DNA from: Eubacteriales bacterium
Lineage (GTDB): Bacteria; Bacillota; Clostridia; Christensenellales; CAG-917
Direction of reading: 5' to 3'
NCBI GenBank assembly: GCA_035449045.1
Contig: DAOTKC010000002.1
Span: 30,192 to 94,191 of the forward strand
DNA length: 64,000 nucleotides
Part shown: piece by piece, positions 7,772 to 16,410 of the stretch
How the letters are laid out: every line of letters begins with the position of its first letter
Position numbering within the stretch: position 1 is the first letter of the stretch
Made by a program: the position numbers and the translations under genes
Notes under the pieces: model-generated
Seen by the model: only the letters and a program-made list of their open reading frames with translations
What the model was told of the DNA's origin: nothing
Databases searched by the model: none

Positions 7772-8787
7772 AAATTGTCACGTTCGGCGAAATAATGCTG
7801 CGCCTTGCACCCGAAGGCTATTTGCGCTTTGCGCAAGCCGAAAAGTTTAACGCCACTTACGGCGGCGGCGAAGCCAACGTCGCGGTTTCGCTTTCCATTC
7901 TCGGCAAAGAGGCCGAATTCGTCACCAAGCTTCCCAAAAACGAACTGGGCGACGCCGCCATAGCTAGCCTGAACCGCTACGGCGTCGCGACCAAAAACAT
8001 CGCTCGCGGCGGCACCCGAGTGGGCATTTACTTTTTGGAAAAGGGCGCCGGTCCGCGGCCGTCCAAGGTTATTTACGACCGCGCCGCTTCGGCGATAGCC
8101 GAGGCATCACCTTCCGATTTCGACTGGGAAAAAATCTTCGAGGGCGCGTCGTGGTTTCATTTCACAGGCATTTCGCCCGCGCTTTCGGATGGGACGGCGG
8201 AGATTTTAAAAACAGCGCTCAAGGCGGCTAAGAATATGGGACTGACCGTTTCCTGCGACCTAAACTACCGCAAAAAACTTTGGTCAAAGGAGCGCGCCCG
8301 CGCCGTCATGACGCCGCTTATGGACTACGTCGACGTCCTTATCGCTAATGAAGAGGACGCCGCCGACGTCTTTTCGATTTCGGCCGCCGGCGCAAACGCC
8401 GAGGCGGGCAATATCGAGGCATCGGCTTACGCCGAGGTAGCGGGTAAACTGATTGAAGCCTTTGGCTTCAAATACGTGGGAGTTACGCTTAGAAAAAGCA
8501 TTTCGGCCAGCGACAATCTTTGGCAGGCTCTGCTTTCCGACGGCAAAGCGGAGTATATTTCAAAACAATATTCAATCCGCATAGTCGACCGAGTGGGAGG
8601 CGGCGACAGTTTCGCGGCGGGCTTGATTTTCGCGCTTTCGGAGAACTTTCCGCCTAAGCTGGCCGTCGAGTTCGCGGCGGCGGCGTCGTGTCTGAAGCAT
8701 ACCATCGAGGGCGACTTCAATCTTTCGACCAAGGAAGAAATTTTCGCGCTTATGGAGGGCGGCGGCACCGGCCGCGTTCAAAGGTAG
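7768..8787 (+). CDS. kdgK: 2-dehydro-3-deoxygluconokinase (PfkB family)
   Basis: PfkB motifs (GGGEANVAVSL; DRVGGGDSFAAG). ATGA start/stop overlap with eda. Confidence 0.85.
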   Translation: MKIVTFGEIMLRLAPEGYLRFAQAEKFNATYGGGEANVAVSLSILGKEAEFVTKLPKNELGDAAIASLNRYGVATKNIARGGTRVGIYFLEKGAGPRPSKVIYDRAASAIAEASPSDFDWEKIFEGASWFHFTGISPALSDGTAEILKTALKAAKNMGLTVSCDLNYRKKLWSKERARAVMTPLMDYVDVLIANEEDAADVFSISAAGANAEAGNIEASAYAEVAGKLIEAFGFKYVGVTLRKSISASDNLWQALLSDGKAEYISKQYSIRIVDRVGGGDSFAAGLIFALSENFPPKLAVEFAAAASCLKHTIEGDFNLSTKEEIFALMEGGGTGRVQR

Positions 8788-8919
8788 TCTTTTTATCTTC
8801 GCTTAATGAGTCCGCTTATAAATTAATTATTCGATAGCGGTAATTTATTTTTACAGACATAAGTGAGCTATAAAAATTAATCTGAATTTTCTAAATCGCG
8901 GCTTATTTTGGCTTGAGGC

Positions 8920-10266
8920 ATGAACGAAAACAATAATTTCAAATCTTACCCCGTAAAAATCCTGCAATACGGCGCCGGCGTCTTTATGCGCGCCTTTTTT
9001 GACTATTTCATTCAAACGCTCAACGAGGAAGGGAGATTTTCGGGAAGCGTCGCCGCCGTCAACAACACGCCTTCGGGCAGCATGGACGAGCTAATCCGCC
9101 AAAACCTCGAATACACCGTGCGGCTGGAGGGCTTAAAGCGCGGCGAAGTCTTTTTCAGCGAGAAAAAAATAGCCTCGATAAGCCGCGCCATAAATTATTA
9201 CACCGATTTTTCGGCCTATCTTTCGCTAGCCGAGCTTCCGAGCCTCAAGCTTATTACATCCAACACCACCGAGGCGGGCATCGTTTTCAACGAAAACGAC
9301 AAATTTTCCGAAATGGACGTCACCTATCCCGCCAAGCTTACGCGCTTTTTATTTGAGCGACACCGCCGGTTTTCGGGCGCGGCCGAAGCCGGCCTCTATA
9401 TTCTGCCCTGTGAGCTCATCGACCATAACGCCGATGTCCTTTCAACGCTTGTCAAGCGCTATGCCGAGCTATGGGAGCTTCCGCCCGAGTTTTTGAGCTG
9501 GGTGCAAAATTGCTGCCGCTTCTGCAATACGCTGGTGGACAGAATCGTGACGGGCTATCCCAAAGGGAAGATTGAGAAATATCCCGCCGCGGCCTTTGAC
9601 AAGCTCTTTGACATAGCCGAGCCCTTCGGCTTTTTTGCCATTGAGGACAAGGGCGGCATCAAGGAGTTTTTGGGCGGCGGCGTCCCCGAAATGCTGTTTG
9701 CCGCCGATATTTCGGGCTATAAAACAAGAAAGGTGCGGCTTTTGAACGCCGTCCACACCGCCATGATGCCCAAGGCGATAAGAAAGGGTTATGACACCGT
9801 GGGGCAGGCCGTTGCCGACCCCGAAATTCTCGGGTTTATTAAAGAAATAATGGCGGAAGAGATAATCCCCACCATAAACCTTCCTCAAAAAGAGCTGAAA
9901 GAATTCGCCGAACAGGTTATCGACCGCTTCAAAAACCCCTATCTCGAGCACCGCCTGCTCGCCATATCGCTGAACACGGTTTCCAAGTGGCGCGAGCGGA
10001 TTCTGCCCATTATTTTGGACTATATAAAAATTAACGGCTATCCGCCCAAAAGGCTGACAGCGACGCTACGGGATGTTTTCTCGCTTTACAGTAACGGCGA
10101 GCTTAAAGACAATAAGCTTTTCTGTAAAAACTTCGGGCGGGAGTATTCGCTTTCCGACGAGGACGCCGTCTTAGAATTTTTCGCGGCGCGGCCGAGCTAC
10201 GAAAAGTTCGTCGAGAACACCGCCTTTTGGCGCGCCGACATAAGCGGAATCGGAGGGATTTTGTGA
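8920..10266 (+). CDS. uxaB: Mannitol-dehydrogenase-family hexuronate reductase, UxaB-type (tagaturonate reductase/altronate oxidoreductase-like)
   Basis: Close motif match to UxaB: ILQYGAGVFMRAF, SNTTEAGI, YPAKLTRFLFER, LPCELIDHNAD, NTLVDRIVTGYP, RLLNAVHTA. Confidence 0.8.
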   Translation: MNENNNFKSYPVKILQYGAGVFMRAFFDYFIQTLNEEGRFSGSVAAVNNTPSGSMDELIRQNLEYTVRLEGLKRGEVFFSEKKIASISRAINYYTDFSAYLSLAELPSLKLITSNTTEAGIVFNENDKFSEMDVTYPAKLTRFLFERHRRFSGAAEAGLYILPCELIDHNADVLSTLVKRYAELWELPPEFLSWVQNCCRFCNTLVDRIVTGYPKGKIEKYPAAAFDKLFDIAEPFGFFAIEDKGGIKEFLGGGVPEMLFAADISGYKTRKVRLLNAVHTAMMPKAIRKGYDTVGQAVADPEILGFIKEIMAEEIIPTINLPQKELKEFAEQVIDRFKNPYLEHRLLAISLNTVSKWRERILPIILDYIKINGYPPKRLTATLRDVFSLYSNGELKDNKLFCKNFGREYSLSDEDAVLEFFAARPSYEKFVENTAFWRADISGIGGIL

Positions 10267-11642
10267 CTTGCAATTTGTTTTTGAAAAATCCGCTTGCCAA
10301 AGAAATTTACTTGAGCGTCCGCGATTTGCCGATTTACGACTATCACTGCCACCTTTCGGCGGAAGAAATCCTTACCGATTTGCCCTACTGTAACCTCGGC
10401 GAAATCTGGCTTAAGGGCGACCACTACAAGTGGCGGCTGATGAGGATATTCGGCGTTGACGAGTTTTATATTACGGGCGGCGCCGACATTAAAGAGAAGT
10501 TTTTTAAATTCATCGGCGCGCTAGAGCGCGCGGCGGGCAATCCCTTATACACTTGGTGCGCGCTCGAGCTAAAAAAATATTTCGACTGCGACCTTGAAAT
10601 CAGCGTTGAAAACGCCGAAAAAATTTGGCAGACTGCGGCGGCCGCCATTCAAAATAAGCGCATCTCGCCGAGAAAAATTCTTGAGCTTTCGGATGTCGAG
10701 GCCGTGTCGATAGTCGAGGATGTCTACTCTCGGCTGGAAACCTACGAAAAGCTGAAAGGCGTGAATTTAACAACGCGCGTGCTGCCGTCCTTTAGAGGTG
10801 ACAAGGCTCTCAACATCGAAAATGAAAACTTCGGAGAATGGGTTAAAGAACTATCTTTAGCTTCGGGCGTAAAAATCGGGAGCTTAAGTGATTTCAAAGC
10901 GGCGCTTTCGGCGCAGCTAAAGCGCTTCAAAAAGGCGGGCGCCGTCAACGCCGACTTCGCGGTAGAGTATATTTTGAAAGACAAGGGCTTGGATTATGCC
11001 GAAGAAGTTTTCGCCGCAGCCCTTATGGGCGAAAGCGTCAGCGAGGAGGCCGCCGCGGCGTTCAAGGCGAATTTGCTCAAATTTTTAATGAGTGAAGTCA
11101 AAAGCGAGGGGCTTGCCGTCCTTCTTCATATCGGCGCCCTCAGAAACTGCAATACTAAGGCTTACTTTTCGCTCGGCGCCGATTCCGGCTTTGACGCGAT
11201 ATCGGAAAGAGGCTTTCTTTCCGGTTTGAAATCACTTTTGGACGACTTGGGGGAAAAGAACGCTTTGGGAAGGACGGTCGTCTTCAACCTCGACCCCGCG
11301 GCCAACGAAAGGCTCTCGGCGCTTCTCGGTTGCTTCGCGGGCGAATCTTTGGGAAAGGTCCAGCTCGGCGCGGCGTGGTGGTTTAGTGACACAAGGGCGG
11401 GAATTTTGAATCATCTCCGTTGCTTTTCCGAGCTTTCCAATCTCGGCGCATTTTTGGGAATGTTGACCGACAGCCGCAGTTTTACTTCCTTTGTCCGCCA
11501 CGACTATTTCAGACGGCTGCTTTCGCTGTATTTGTCGGAGCTTAAGGACAGTGGCGAATTTTCGGGCAGCGCGGAGGCTCTGAAAAAGATTGCCGCCGAT
11601 ATTTCCTATCATAACGCCGTCAACTTCTTTGAAACCAAATAG
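10263..11642 (+). CDS. uxaC: Glucuronate (uronate) isomerase
   Basis: Motifs PIYDYHCHL, KGDHYKWRLMR, HIGALRN, GAAWWF and MLTDSRSF. I chose GTG 10263 (RBS GGAGGG 10250-10255, GTGA overlap with the uxaB stop) over the ORF-track ATG 10227. Confidence 0.9.
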   Translation: MTCNLFLKNPLAKEIYLSVRDLPIYDYHCHLSAEEILTDLPYCNLGEIWLKGDHYKWRLMRIFGVDEFYITGGADIKEKFFKFIGALERAAGNPLYTWCALELKKYFDCDLEISVENAEKIWQTAAAAIQNKRISPRKILELSDVEAVSIVEDVYSRLETYEKLKGVNLTTRVLPSFRGDKALNIENENFGEWVKELSLASGVKIGSLSDFKAALSAQLKRFKKAGAVNADFAVEYILKDKGLDYAEEVFAAALMGESVSEEAAAAFKANLLKFLMSEVKSEGLAVLLHIGALRNCNTKAYFSLGADSGFDAISERGFLSGLKSLLDDLGEKNALGRTVVFNLDPAANERLSALLGCFAGESLGKVQLGAAWWFSDTRAGILNHLRCFSELSNLGAFLGMLTDSRSFTSFVRHDYFRRLLSLYLSELKDSGEFSGSAEALKKIAADISYHNAVNFFETK

Positions 11643-11755
11643 CGTTTTTGGAGTTCAAGCGCTTTAATTTATAGAAACAGAGCGTCAAATTTGGTTTTTT
11701 AGCGCGATAAAATTATTGCCGGAGATATTGCAGAAAAATTATTGAGGAGTTCATT

Positions 11756-14254
11756 TTGGAAAAAAGTAATCAAGCTTCGATTTACGTCGCCTTCAGGTTC
11801 CACGTCAACTTCTATCATTCCTATCGGGGCGACACGCCCGACGAAAACGGGATAGGGAAAGATATCAGAATAATTCGCTATATTCTGGACACCTTGGACA
11901 GCCGGAACGCTTGCGGCGTGCCCGCCATGGGAACGTGGGATATCGAAAACTATTATTCGCTGGAAAAGCTGATGAGAAAGCACTGCCCCGAGCTTATCGA
12001 GCGGATACGGCAGCGCGCCGCTTCGGGAGTGGACGAAATCGAGATAATGAGCTATAACAACGGCCTCGTTTCGGCGCACACCGAGGAAGAATTTTTCAAG
12101 ATGATGGAGCTTACGCGCCACAACCCCGAGGGCTCGGGGCTATCCGACATCTTCGGCGAGTTCGCGCCCATCGTCCGTTCCCAGGAGTGCATGATGACTC
12201 CCGCCCTCGTTCCCCTCTATAAAAAGGCGGGTGTCGAGGCCATCACCATGTTTTACAGCGCCATACCCTTCAACGGCTTCAGCAACTTCGTGCCGCTCCT
12301 TCCCCTCGAAAAAAGGTATAACCCGCTTTGGTATCGCGCGCCCGGCCGCGAGGAAAAAATCATTCTCATGCCCTGCATAAACCCCGCCGACATGTATGAC
12401 AATCTCGGCCTTTCCATGATGATAAGAAGCCTTCGCCGCGGCCAGCTAAAGCTGAAAGAGCCGACGGATTTGCTCTTGACCATCGACATGGACGCCGACG
12501 ACCTGTTCTGGGAGGGCTATCTCAACACTGCGGTTTCCTACGATTTGTTGAAGAGGAAAACTCCGCTGATAAAGGGCGGGCTCAACTTGTTTATCAACAA
12601 GCTGAAGGACATTCCCTACGTTAAATTCACCACGCCCTACCGCTATTTGAAGGAGCATCCGCCGGCAGGCGAAGCGGTCTTCGGCCAAGATACCATGGAC
12701 GGCTGCTTCGACGGTTTCGCGCCTTGGTCGGATAAACTCGAAAACGCCAAGCTCTGGACGCCGATTGAGCGTTCCCGCCTCCTTGTCGAATACGCGCGCG
12801 CCGCCGCGCCCGGCGAGTCTACGGAAAAGGCAGTTGCCGAGGCTTTGAAAAACCGCGTTCTGACGCTCTCCACCACCCACTTCGGGCTATCGACGCCCGT
12901 AATGTGCAAGCCTAGGCTTATTCAGGCCTATCACAAGGCGCTGACGGCGCTTACCGACTCCGAACGCATTTTGAAAGAGGCTTTGCAAAATAAAAAGGAC
13001 GGCGTATATTTCCAAAAGAAATACCTGAGAAATACGCCGAAACAGGGGTTGATACGCATAAATCGTGACGATAAAACGCCGATTGCGGAAATAAACGAAA
13101 ATAATACCGCCGTTTTTTCAAGGAATGTTTTCGGCCGCGCCGAAAGCGATATTATCTACTCGGGGAGCGACGATTATATAAGCGTGGAGGATGCCGCGCA
13201 GGCTGTTAAAGCTCCATCCGCTCTCGCCGCGGGCAAGGATTTCATCAAAAACGGCAGAATCGAGCTTAAAGTAGAAAACGGCGAGCCCGTCCTCTATCTC
13301 GACGGCAAGCGGAAGAGCTCGGCGGGCTCCTTCAGAACATCGTTGAATTACGGCGGAGTGGTTTACTCCGGCCGGTCGGAATATGCCTGCAAGCTGATTG
13401 AGGGCAAAGCGGCGATTATGACGGAGAATGGAGCCATAAAGTTCGGCGAGGAACTTGAGCATACCGCCGAATACTCTAAGCAATATATGATTGCGGGCGA
13501 ACTTCCCTACATTTACGCCGATGTCGACGTTTCCTATCCCATGACGCCCGATTTCGGCGTCAAGCCCAAAAAGGCGGCGAGACTAAGGCGCGGCTACGAT
13601 TTAAGATGGCGGGAGGTCATGCCGCTTGAGTTGATTCCTTCATTCAGGGGAAGCGAAAAAGCGCCCGTTCGCGTCATCAAGCACAACTTCTTCGGTGACG
13701 TCAGCTATTTCGATTACGACTACGGCAAGTTCAGCAAAAACGCCGAGTTTGACTCAAGTAACAACGCGCTTACGGCGGGTTTCGTCGCCTTTTCGGCGGG
13801 AGGGGAAGGTATGCTTCTCGCCCAGTCGGCGGCGGCGGACAACAAGTTTTCCTTCTGTCCCGTCCGTATGAGAAAGGAAAAGGGCGCCGATAAGCTGTTT
13901 CTCAACCCCTTCGGCGCCTACTTCGGCAAGCAGCTCGACTATGCCGCAGCAAAAACCGGCCTTGCCATGAAGATGACCCTTGCCCAAGCCGAGCAGTTCC
14001 TTCCCTCGGCGTCCTCCTATCGCGGCGGGCGCCAGCAGTTTTCGCTGATGATAGCGCCGTTTTCGGGTGAGCTTTCCGACTCTCTCATTAACGACGCGCT
14101 GCTTCACGCCTATCCGCCGCTGGTGCTAGCGAACGGCCAAAACGCCACCGTCGGTTTTACCGATTGGTTCAACGCCGAGCCATTGGACGCTTCTCAGCTT
14201 TCCGAGGAAGACGCCAAGCTTCTTTCCGAGCTTAACGAGTTAAGCTCGAAATGA
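11756..14254 (+). CDS. Large protein of unknown function (832 aa) embedded in the hexuronate operon; possible glycoside-hydrolase/deacetylase-fold N-terminal domain
   Basis: Long clean ORF with TTG start 7 nt after GAGGAG. The N-terminus FRFHVNFYHSYRGD ... IEIMSYNNGL ... SQECMMTP is reminiscent of GH57/GH38-type (beta/alpha)7 barrels, but I cannot confirm this by eye. No signal peptide. Confidence 0.75.
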   Translation: MEKSNQASIYVAFRFHVNFYHSYRGDTPDENGIGKDIRIIRYILDTLDSRNACGVPAMGTWDIENYYSLEKLMRKHCPELIERIRQRAASGVDEIEIMSYNNGLVSAHTEEEFFKMMELTRHNPEGSGLSDIFGEFAPIVRSQECMMTPALVPLYKKAGVEAITMFYSAIPFNGFSNFVPLLPLEKRYNPLWYRAPGREEKIILMPCINPADMYDNLGLSMMIRSLRRGQLKLKEPTDLLLTIDMDADDLFWEGYLNTAVSYDLLKRKTPLIKGGLNLFINKLKDIPYVKFTTPYRYLKEHPPAGEAVFGQDTMDGCFDGFAPWSDKLENAKLWTPIERSRLLVEYARAAAPGESTEKAVAEALKNRVLTLSTTHFGLSTPVMCKPRLIQAYHKALTALTDSERILKEALQNKKDGVYFQKKYLRNTPKQGLIRINRDDKTPIAEINENNTAVFSRNVFGRAESDIIYSGSDDYISVEDAAQAVKAPSALAAGKDFIKNGRIELKVENGEPVLYLDGKRKSSAGSFRTSLNYGGVVYSGRSEYACKLIEGKAAIMTENGAIKFGEELEHTAEYSKQYMIAGELPYIYADVDVSYPMTPDFGVKPKKAARLRRGYDLRWREVMPLELIPSFRGSEKAPVRVIKHNFFGDVSYFDYDYGKFSKNAEFDSSNNALTAGFVAFSAGGEGMLLAQSAAADNKFSFCPVRMRKEKGADKLFLNPFGAYFGKQLDYAAAKTGLAMKMTLAQAEQFLPSASSYRGGRQQFSLMIAPFSGELSDSLINDALLHAYPPLVLANGQNATVGFTDWFNAEPLDASQLSEEDAKLLSELNELSSK

Positions 14255-14374
14255 ATAATGAATAATGAATAATGGTGGATGGCGGACGATAAACGCTCAA
14301 CGAAAAACGAAAAACGGCGGAGCGGCGCTAAGGCGCCGAAAGAAAACGATAAACGAATAGCGGTGGAAAAAAAT
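14250..14374 (+). repeat. Dispersed heptad-built intergenic element, copy 1
   Basis: GAATAAT x3, GGTGGAT, GGCGGAC, GATAAAC, GCTCAAC, GAAAAAC x2, then hairpin CGGCGC-TAAG-GCGCCG (14323-14338), then a second A-rich CG-punctuated tract. It shares 25 identical nt with copy 3. It begins inside the stop codon of the upstream gene. Confidence 0.85.
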
Positions 14375-15421
14375 ATGAAGCTGACGTTCAGATGGTTCGG
14401 CGAGAACGACGCCGTTCCCATAAAGTATATAGCGCAAATTCCCGGCATCTACGGCGTGGTAACGGCGCTCTACGGCATTCCCGCGGGCGAAATTTGGCCG
14501 CTCGACGCCATATCAAAGCTTAAAGGCGCGGCGGAGTCACACGGCCTTGCCGCCGAGGTAATCGAGAGCGTGCCTGTCCACGAGGATATTAAACTTGGAC
14601 TACCGTCGCGCGACAGATACATCAAAAATTACATCGAAACGTTGAAAAATTTAGGCGCCGCCGGCTTTAAATGCGTTTGCTATAACTTTATGCCCGTGTT
14701 CGACTGGGTCAGGACAGACTTAAAATTGAAAAACGCCGACGGCAGCACATCCCTCGCTTACCGCGAGGAGGAGATAAGAAAGCTCGACAAAAACTCGCTT
14801 TCGCTCCCCGGCTGGGATGAAAGCTACACAAAAGAGGAGCTTTCCGGCCTTCTTGAAAGCTACAATGCGGTGACGCCTCGAAAGCTCTTTGAAAACCTCG
14901 TCTATTTTTTGGAAGCGCTTATGCCCGCCTTAGAAGAAACGGGCATAAACATGGCAATCCATCCCGACGACCCGCCTTGGGAAATATTCGGCCTTCCCCG
15001 AATTATCTCGGCCGAGGATGGCTTAGATAAGCTTTTCGCCGCCGTCCCGAGCAAGCATAACGGCCTCGCTTTCTGCACCGGCTCTCTGGGCGCGAAGAGA
15101 GCAAACGACCTTCCGCGCTTGGCAAAAAAATATGCAGAAGCAGGCCGAATTCATTTCGCGCACTTAAGAAACATTGCATATGACGGTGACTTAAGTTTTC
15201 GCGAGACGGCGCACAATTCTGCCTCGGGCTCGCTCGATATGTTCGTCATCGTGTCGGCGCTCGTTCGGGGCGGCTTTTCGGGCTACGTGCGTCCCGACCA
15301 CGGCCGCAACATCTTCGGAGAGGAGGGCAAGCCGGGCTACGGCCTATATGATCGCGCTCTCGGTGCCGCCTACCTCAACGGCCTTTTCGAGGCCGCCGAA
15401 AAAATGGTTGCGAATAGCTAG
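14375..15421 (+). CDS. uxuA: Mannonate dehydratase
   Basis: MKLTFRWFGENDAV start typical of UxuA, plus CYNFMPVFDWVRTDL, HPDDPPWEIFGLPRI, CTGSLG, FAHLRN and RPDHG. I chose ATG 14375 (RBS GGTGGA) because the ORF-track start 14279 lies inside the repeat element. Confidence 0.9.
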   Translation: MKLTFRWFGENDAVPIKYIAQIPGIYGVVTALYGIPAGEIWPLDAISKLKGAAESHGLAAEVIESVPVHEDIKLGLPSRDRYIKNYIETLKNLGAAGFKCVCYNFMPVFDWVRTDLKLKNADGSTSLAYREEEIRKLDKNSLSLPGWDESYTKEELSGLLESYNAVTPRKLFENLVYFLEALMPALEETGINMAIHPDDPPWEIFGLPRIISAEDGLDKLFAAVPSKHNGLAFCTGSLGAKRANDLPRLAKKYAEAGRIHFAHLRNIAYDGDLSFRETAHNSASGSLDMFVIVSALVRGGFSGYVRPDHGRNIFGEEGKPGYGLYDRALGAAYLNGLFEAAEKMVANS

Positions 15422-15565
15422 CTTTGTATATTATTAACAGCGACGGTAAAATGCAGGATAATCAATATAGCGGCTAACTTAAATCCCGATTGCGATAATC
15501 CGCCCTTTCTTGGGGATAAAATATCCCCGGGCGCAACCGACTTGATTTTTTAGGACAATCATATT

Positions 15566-15964
15566 ATGGACGATTTCAGAATAAAAGAAGAAGGGTTGAA
15601 ATATTGCGTCTATTGCGGTTCCAGAATTTTTTCGGACGCCGTTTACTGCATTCATTGCGGCCAGGTTCTGACCTCTCCGCCTCCTTCGCCTCCCCCAAAT
15701 AATACCCCTTATGACGACGGTAATATCGGCTGGGGAGTTTTGTCATTCTTTTTCCCGCTAGTCGGGCTCATTCTCTATCTCGTTTGGCGCGATGAAAAGC
15801 CTCGCACCGCCCGCATCGCCGGCAAGGGCGCGCTTGCATGGCTTATTCTATGCGTCTCCTTGGTGGTTTTGACGATTATCATCGTCGTTATCGTTATTGC
15901 GACCGATTACGATTATTCAGAGGGCGCAGCTCTTCTTTCACATATCTCGGGCTTGTTTGTTTAA
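15566..15964 (+). CDS. Zinc-ribbon membrane protein (132 aa)
   Basis: N-terminal CxxC-x13-CxxC (CVYCGS...CIHCGQ), a Pro-rich linker, and two TM helices carrying the GWGVLSFFFPLVGLILYLVWRDEKPR motif. Confidence 0.75.
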   Translation: MDDFRIKEEGLKYCVYCGSRIFSDAVYCIHCGQVLTSPPPSPPPNNTPYDDGNIGWGVLSFFFPLVGLILYLVWRDEKPRTARIAGKGALAWLILCVSLVVLTIIIVVIVIATDYDYSEGAALLSHISGLFV

Positions 15965-16036
15965 CTGCTCAAATACATCGACAGTCGTTCATTTGATAAT
16001 ATTTCCGTAAATGAAAACTATATAGAGGAGAAAGTT

Positions 16037-16336
16037 ATGAAATATTGCGAACATTGCGGGCAATCTCTTCAAGATGACGCCGCTTACTGCACCGGCTGCG
16101 GACGCGCCGCGCGCTATTACGCTCCAAATACAACCCAACAACCCGAGCGGCCGCCCGTTACCGATACCGGCAGCATCGGCTGGGGCTTTTTGGGCTTCCT
16201 TTTCCCCATAGTCGGGTTAGTTTTATATCTCGTCTGGAAAAACGACCGCCCGCGCAACGCCAAGCGTGCCGGCGTCGGCGCCTTGGTTGGCTTCATTCTC
16301 GGCATAATTAGCGGCTTACTCTTCCCGTTTATCTAA
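16037..16336 (+). CDS. Zinc-ribbon membrane protein, tandem paralogue (99 aa)
   Basis: Same architecture as the preceding gene: CEHCGQ...CTGCGR, GWGFLGFLFPIVGLVLYLVWKNDRPR. Confidence 0.75.
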   Translation: MKYCEHCGQSLQDDAAYCTGCGRAARYYAPNTTQQPERPPVTDTGSIGWGFLGFLFPIVGLVLYLVWKNDRPRNAKRAGVGALVGFILGIISGLLFPFI

Positions 16337-16381
16337 ATTATCAAGACCCGAGTTTTTGATTATTGCTAAAAAAATCCGCGC

Positions 16382-16410
16382 TTGACAGCGGGGGCTTTTC
16401 AATTTAGAAT
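16382..16410 (+). promoter_or_regulatory. Sigma-A-type promoter of the glucuronidase operon
   Basis: TTGACA (16382-16387), 17-nt spacer, TAGAAT (16405-16410). Confidence 0.7.

Noticed and set aside
14279-14374. ORF-track N-terminal extensions running through the repeat element or promoter: UxuA from 14279, beta-mannosidase from 48486, TrmH-family from 29086, ATPase from 36189, ACT protein from 47206, Eda from 7091
   Set aside because: Homologous proteins begin at the downstream ATG, each of which has a properly spaced GGAGG/GGTGGA-type RBS. The extensions lie in repeats, -35/-10 boxes or a hairpin. The A-rich, T-poor repeat is open in all frames, so an open frame there is uninformative.
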